Below the pieces are notes generated by a model. The model saw nothing but the letters and a program-made list of their open reading frames with translations. It was not told where the DNA came from and searched no databases. From the NCBI GenBank assembly GCA_028707055.1, contig JAQTVA010000002.1, forward strand, positions 1 through 36,366: a stretch of 36,366 bases of DNA, read 5' to 3'. This DNA comes from Candidatus Bipolaricaulis sp. Its GTDB lineage: Bacteria; Bipolaricaulota; Bipolaricaulia; UBA7950; UBA9294. Made by a program: the position numbers and the translations under genes. Of the stretch, positions 33,432-36,366 are shown piece by piece. Positions within the stretch are counted from its first letter, which is position 1. Every line of letters starts with the position of its first letter.

Positions 33432-35941
33432 TCGGCGGATCGCGCCGGGGCGGACCGCCGCAGCTCGCGCGACGCCGCGCGCCGGCGGAGCCCGAGATCG
33501 AGGAGGAACAGGGCGAGCGCGAGGCCCAGCAAGGCGGGGAAGAGCGGTCTCTCCAGGCGGGCGTGGGTGGACCGAATCGGCTCGAGCTTGCGTCCTTCTT
33601 CAAGAAACGCGCCGCCGGTCGCCTCGGCAAGCCGGGCGAGTGTGGCGCGGTCGATGCCGAACGACTCGTACTCCGCGGGATACGGAACCGAGAACGGGAC
33701 GGCGAACGACCGGCTGCCGCCCTCCTCGTCGACGCGAAGCGCGTAGGCGCCCTCCGCGGGAGTCGAGAAACGGGCTCGGTAGAGGCCGGGGGCGACTTGC
33801 GGCGCGTCGATGTCCCGTCCCGTCGGAACGAGCGAGCCGGAGAGAGTGAGGAAGTTCGCGAATCCCCCGTCAGCGGTCCGAACGTCGAACAGCGCCGTCG
33901 TCGCTGACGAGCCGACGGCGATCTGCGAGTCGACGCCGGGAGTCGCTGTGACGAGGGGTGCGGTGGTGCCGAGGATCCGCTCGAACAGGCGCGGCATCCC
34001 GCTCCATGCGAGCCACTCACGGGACCACACCCCGGCGAGGTCGACGTTGAGGACGGTCACAGCGCCAAGCCCCGTGCGCCACGTGGAGAGAAGCGGGTCT
34101 TCTCCAGCCCAGAGGAGCGTGGACGCGGCGCTCCGCGGGTACGTGAGGACGTACCCCTGAACCGGCGGGATCGCCCCGAGGCTCTCGAACGGGCCCGCCG
34201 CCGCGGCGACCGCGGTGTCTGTATCGATGAACCGGCTGCGGGTTAGTCGCTGGGTCACCTGGATGGTCACCTGAGGCAGGGTGACGAAGTCCGCGGCAAA
34301 GTACAGGACCCCGCGGCCGTAATCGACGAGCTTGCGCAAGAAGGGGACGTTCGGGTTGCGGTTGACGGCGATGGCGGACAGGGTGATGTCCGTGTGCTCG
34401 CTGAGCTTCCGCAGGAGCTGCGGGTAGTCGCGGCCGACCTCGGTCGTCTGGCCGTCGGAGACGAGGAGGATGTGCTTGACGCGTGCGTCGGCAGCGATGA
34501 GTTGGTCGACGGCGTCGTCAAGCGGATAGTAGAGGTCGGTCCCGCCGTAGGCGTCGAGCGTGGCGACCGCGCGGTACGCACCCGTGCCGTCGCCGAGGCG
34601 CTGCAGGGGGAAGATCCAGTCGTGGCTGTCGTAGAAAGCGACGATGCCGACGAGGGTCTCGCTGGGCAGAAGGAGCAGGCTGGCGATGGTAGCCTCGCGG
34701 AGCACGCGGATCTTCGCTCGGTCGCCCGCGAGTTCTTTCATGCTGGAGGAGCGATCGAGCAGGTACACGATGGCCATGCTCGGCGATCGACCCTTCTCTG
34801 GAACCGAGAAGGACACCGGAAGCAGCGACTCGATCGGCCCGGCTTCGAACCCCCGGACCTCGCGGTCGCCCTGGACGATCAGCAGCCCACCGCCGAGGCT
34901 CCGCACGTACTGCGTCAGGTCGGCGACCTGGGGGCCTGCGAGATCCTGGAGGGGCTGTCCTGCGTAGACGACCTGGCGGTAGTCGGCCAGCGCGGCCAGC
35001 GAAGGAACGGCGTCGGCCCGGACGAAGTCGACGCCGATCGACTGCAGCAACGCGGGGAGCGCTGAGTCGCCGCGCCCGTCGACCAACAGCACCGACGGAT
35101 GGTCCGAGGTACGGACGACGAGGGAACGGGCGTCGTTCTCAGGGACGGCGTCTCCTTCGCCTTTGGCGACGACGCGGTACTCGTAGAACCCGGGCTCGCT
35201 CGTGGCGTCGGAGAAGGTGAACGAGTCGAGGGGGCCCGTGAGGTCGACAGGTCGAGCCTCGACGAGGTGAGCGTTGCGGTAGAGGGCCAGGGTCGCCCGA
35301 CCGGGCGTGTCGCTGGCGACGTCCGCGACAAACGACGCGGTACGACCCACGGAAACCTCGCGTGGGCCGTCGAAGCGAGAGAGGCGGAGGTCGTTCGACC
35401 GAGGACCGCCGACGGGGATCACGTGGATCGGGACGGAGGCAAGCTGGGCGGCGGCGATGGCCGGGGTTGGGTCCGACGAGAAGCGGCCGTCGCTCAGAAC
35501 GACGAGTTGACCGGCCTCGCCCGCGGGGAAGAGAGAGACCGCGAGGCGGACGGCGCTAATGAGGTCCGATTCCGTCGGGTCCGGGGAGACGGAAGAGACC
35601 GTGGGGGTTGCGCCGAGCGGCGCGTCGACGTCGGATGTCCGGCCGAAGCTGACGACGCCGTAGCTCCAATTCGGATGGGTGGCAACGACGGCGTCGATCG
35701 CCTCGCGCACGTCATGATCGGCCGCTGTGCGTGTCACGCTTGCAGAACGGTCGACAAGAAAGACCACGTGGTTTCTGGGATCGCGCACGGACAGCCGTGG
35801 ATCGGCGAGGGCGAGGAGGACGAGGAGGAGCTCGGCGTAGCGGAGAAGATCGCGGCGCGAGGCGCCGCGGCGGAGGAGAACGAGGCCGAGGGCAAGCGCC
35901 GGAAGAGCGATGAGGGCAAGGGGTGCGGCGATGCGGATCAA
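33428..35941 (-). CDS. Large membrane protein with a BatA-type N-terminal TM region, two vWA domains and a C-terminal TM anchor.
   Basis: N-terminal LIRIAAPLALIALPALALGLVLL...LLLVLLALADP. Two MIDAS motifs, VFLVDRSASV and VYLLDRSSSM. C-terminal RPLFPALLGLALALFLLDLGL. TTG 35941 forms a TTGA start/stop overlap with the upstream ORF. The track start 36031 would add an Arg-rich 30 aa. Confidence 0.8.
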   Translation of the reverse strand: MIRIAAPLALIALPALALGLVLLRRGASRRDLLRYAELLLVLLALADPRLSVRDPRNHVVFLVDRSASVTRTAADHDVREAIDAVVATHPNWSYGVVSFGRTSDVDAPLGATPTVSSVSPDPTESDLISAVRLAVSLFPAGEAGQLVVLSDGRFSSDPTPAIAAAQLASVPIHVIPVGGPRSNDLRLSRFDGPREVSVGRTASFVADVASDTPGRATLALYRNAHLVEARPVDLTGPLDSFTFSDATSEPGFYEYRVVAKGEGDAVPENDARSLVVRTSDHPSVLLVDGRGDSALPALLQSIGVDFVRADAVPSLAALADYRQVVYAGQPLQDLAGPQVADLTQYVRSLGGGLLIVQGDREVRGFEAGPIESLLPVSFSVPEKGRSPSMAIVYLLDRSSSMKELAGDRAKIRVLREATIASLLLLPSETLVGIVAFYDSHDWIFPLQRLGDGTGAYRAVATLDAYGGTDLYYPLDDAVDQLIAADARVKHILLVSDGQTTEVGRDYPQLLRKLSEHTDITLSAIAVNRNPNVPFLRKLVDYGRGVLYFAADFVTLPQVTIQVTQRLTRSRFIDTDTAVAAAAGPFESLGAIPPVQGYVLTYPRSAASTLLWAGEDPLLSTWRTGLGAVTVLNVDLAGVWSREWLAWSGMPRLFERILGTTAPLVTATPGVDSQIAVGSSATTALFDVRTADGGFANFLTLSGSLVPTGRDIDAPQVAPGLYRARFSTPAEGAYALRVDEEGGSRSFAVPFSVPYPAEYESFGIDRATLARLAEATGGAFLEEGRKLEPIRSTHARLERPLFPALLGLALALFLLDLGLRRRAASRELRRSAPARSAD

Positions 35942-36366
35942 CCCTGCCTCCTCGACGCCTCGGCGCGCCGGCGCGCCAGGAGAAGTTCGAGCGTGAGCAG
36001 CGCGGCGACGCTTCCGGCGAGAACGGGCCACAGCGCTTCCGCGGAGCGTGCTTCGATGGGCGCGGCGGGGGTGGGGGGCCGCGTTGGGGGCGCCGGCCGG
36101 TCGGGCGCGGGGAGCGACTCGCTCGCACGGACGTTGACCGACACGGGGAAGCGATCCTCACCGACGACGAGCGTGTACGTCCCCGGGCGGTCCGGGAAGA
36201 AGGCGCGCTGGTCGTCGGCGGTCGGGAGCGGCGCCCCGTCGGGGTCGAGGACGATCGCGATCCTTCCGGAGCGGTCCAGGAGGACGGGATCGCCGACGTG
36301 GACCCACTCGGGAACCATACGAGCATCCGAGCGAACCAGGGACGAGACGAACGTGCGGATGAGCAG
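35938..36366 (-). CDS. 3' part of a CDS entering from the right edge. Hypothetical protein with a C-terminal TM helix, in Bat/aerotolerance-like operon context.
   Basis: The frame stays open from 36366 to the stop at 35938-35940 (LLIRTFVSSLVRSDARMVPEWVHVGDPVLLD...). The C-terminus is ALWPVLAGSVAALLTLELLLARRR. There is no RBS before the internal ATG 36318. Confidence 0.55.
   Translation of the reverse strand: MLIRTFVSSLVRSDARMVPEWVHVGDPVLLDRSGRIAIVLDPDGAPLPTADDQRAFFPDRPGTYTLVVGEDRFPVSVNVRASESLPAPDRPAPPTRPPTPAAPIEARSAEALWPVLAGSVAALLTLELLLARRRAEASRRQG

Overview
High-GC bacterial chromosomal segment, mostly housekeeping. About 37 CDS are supportable. They include leuS, metG, rplU-(prp-like)-rpmA-obg-nadD, infC-rpmI-rplT-folB-folK-rng, ribD-rpe, ybaB-dnaX, a phosphohexomutase, a GmhB-like phosphatase and an HpnA-like epimerase. 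Four RNA genes are absent from the ORF track: tRNA-Ala(GGC), tRNA-Val(CAC), tRNA-Pro(TGG) and a type-A RNase P RNA (rnpB). Many long ORFs in the track are antisense or out-of-frame artefacts of the high GC content. The best candidate for something undescribed is the 9.8-16.8 kb operon. It encodes a secreted S8 protease with a T9SS/FlgD-Ig-like C-terminal domain. A PorV/PorQ-like outer-membrane barrel is translationally coupled to it. A 1323-aa outer-membrane protein follows, with a SprA-like N-terminal region and an embedded seven-blade propeller-like block. I read this as a possible compact type-IX-like secretion or anchoring cassette, which is inference only. Other notable observations follow. 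Six tandem acceptor-stem minihelix copies of the tRNA-Val 5' end lie between a promoter and the real tRNA-Val. Two related GTTCG-word repeat arrays bracket the pmm-leuS-gmhB operon. A lower-GC islet sits downstream of tRNA-Ala and carries a CapK/PaaK-like ligase and a HicB-DinB fusion. LeuRS carries a Cys/His-rich insertion of about 100 aa. The Prp-like protein lacks the catalytic dyad, next to an L27 with no propeptide. infC probably starts at AUC. No CRISPR array, transposase, integrase or recognisable defence genes were seen. All homology statements rest on motif recognition by eye, not on searches.
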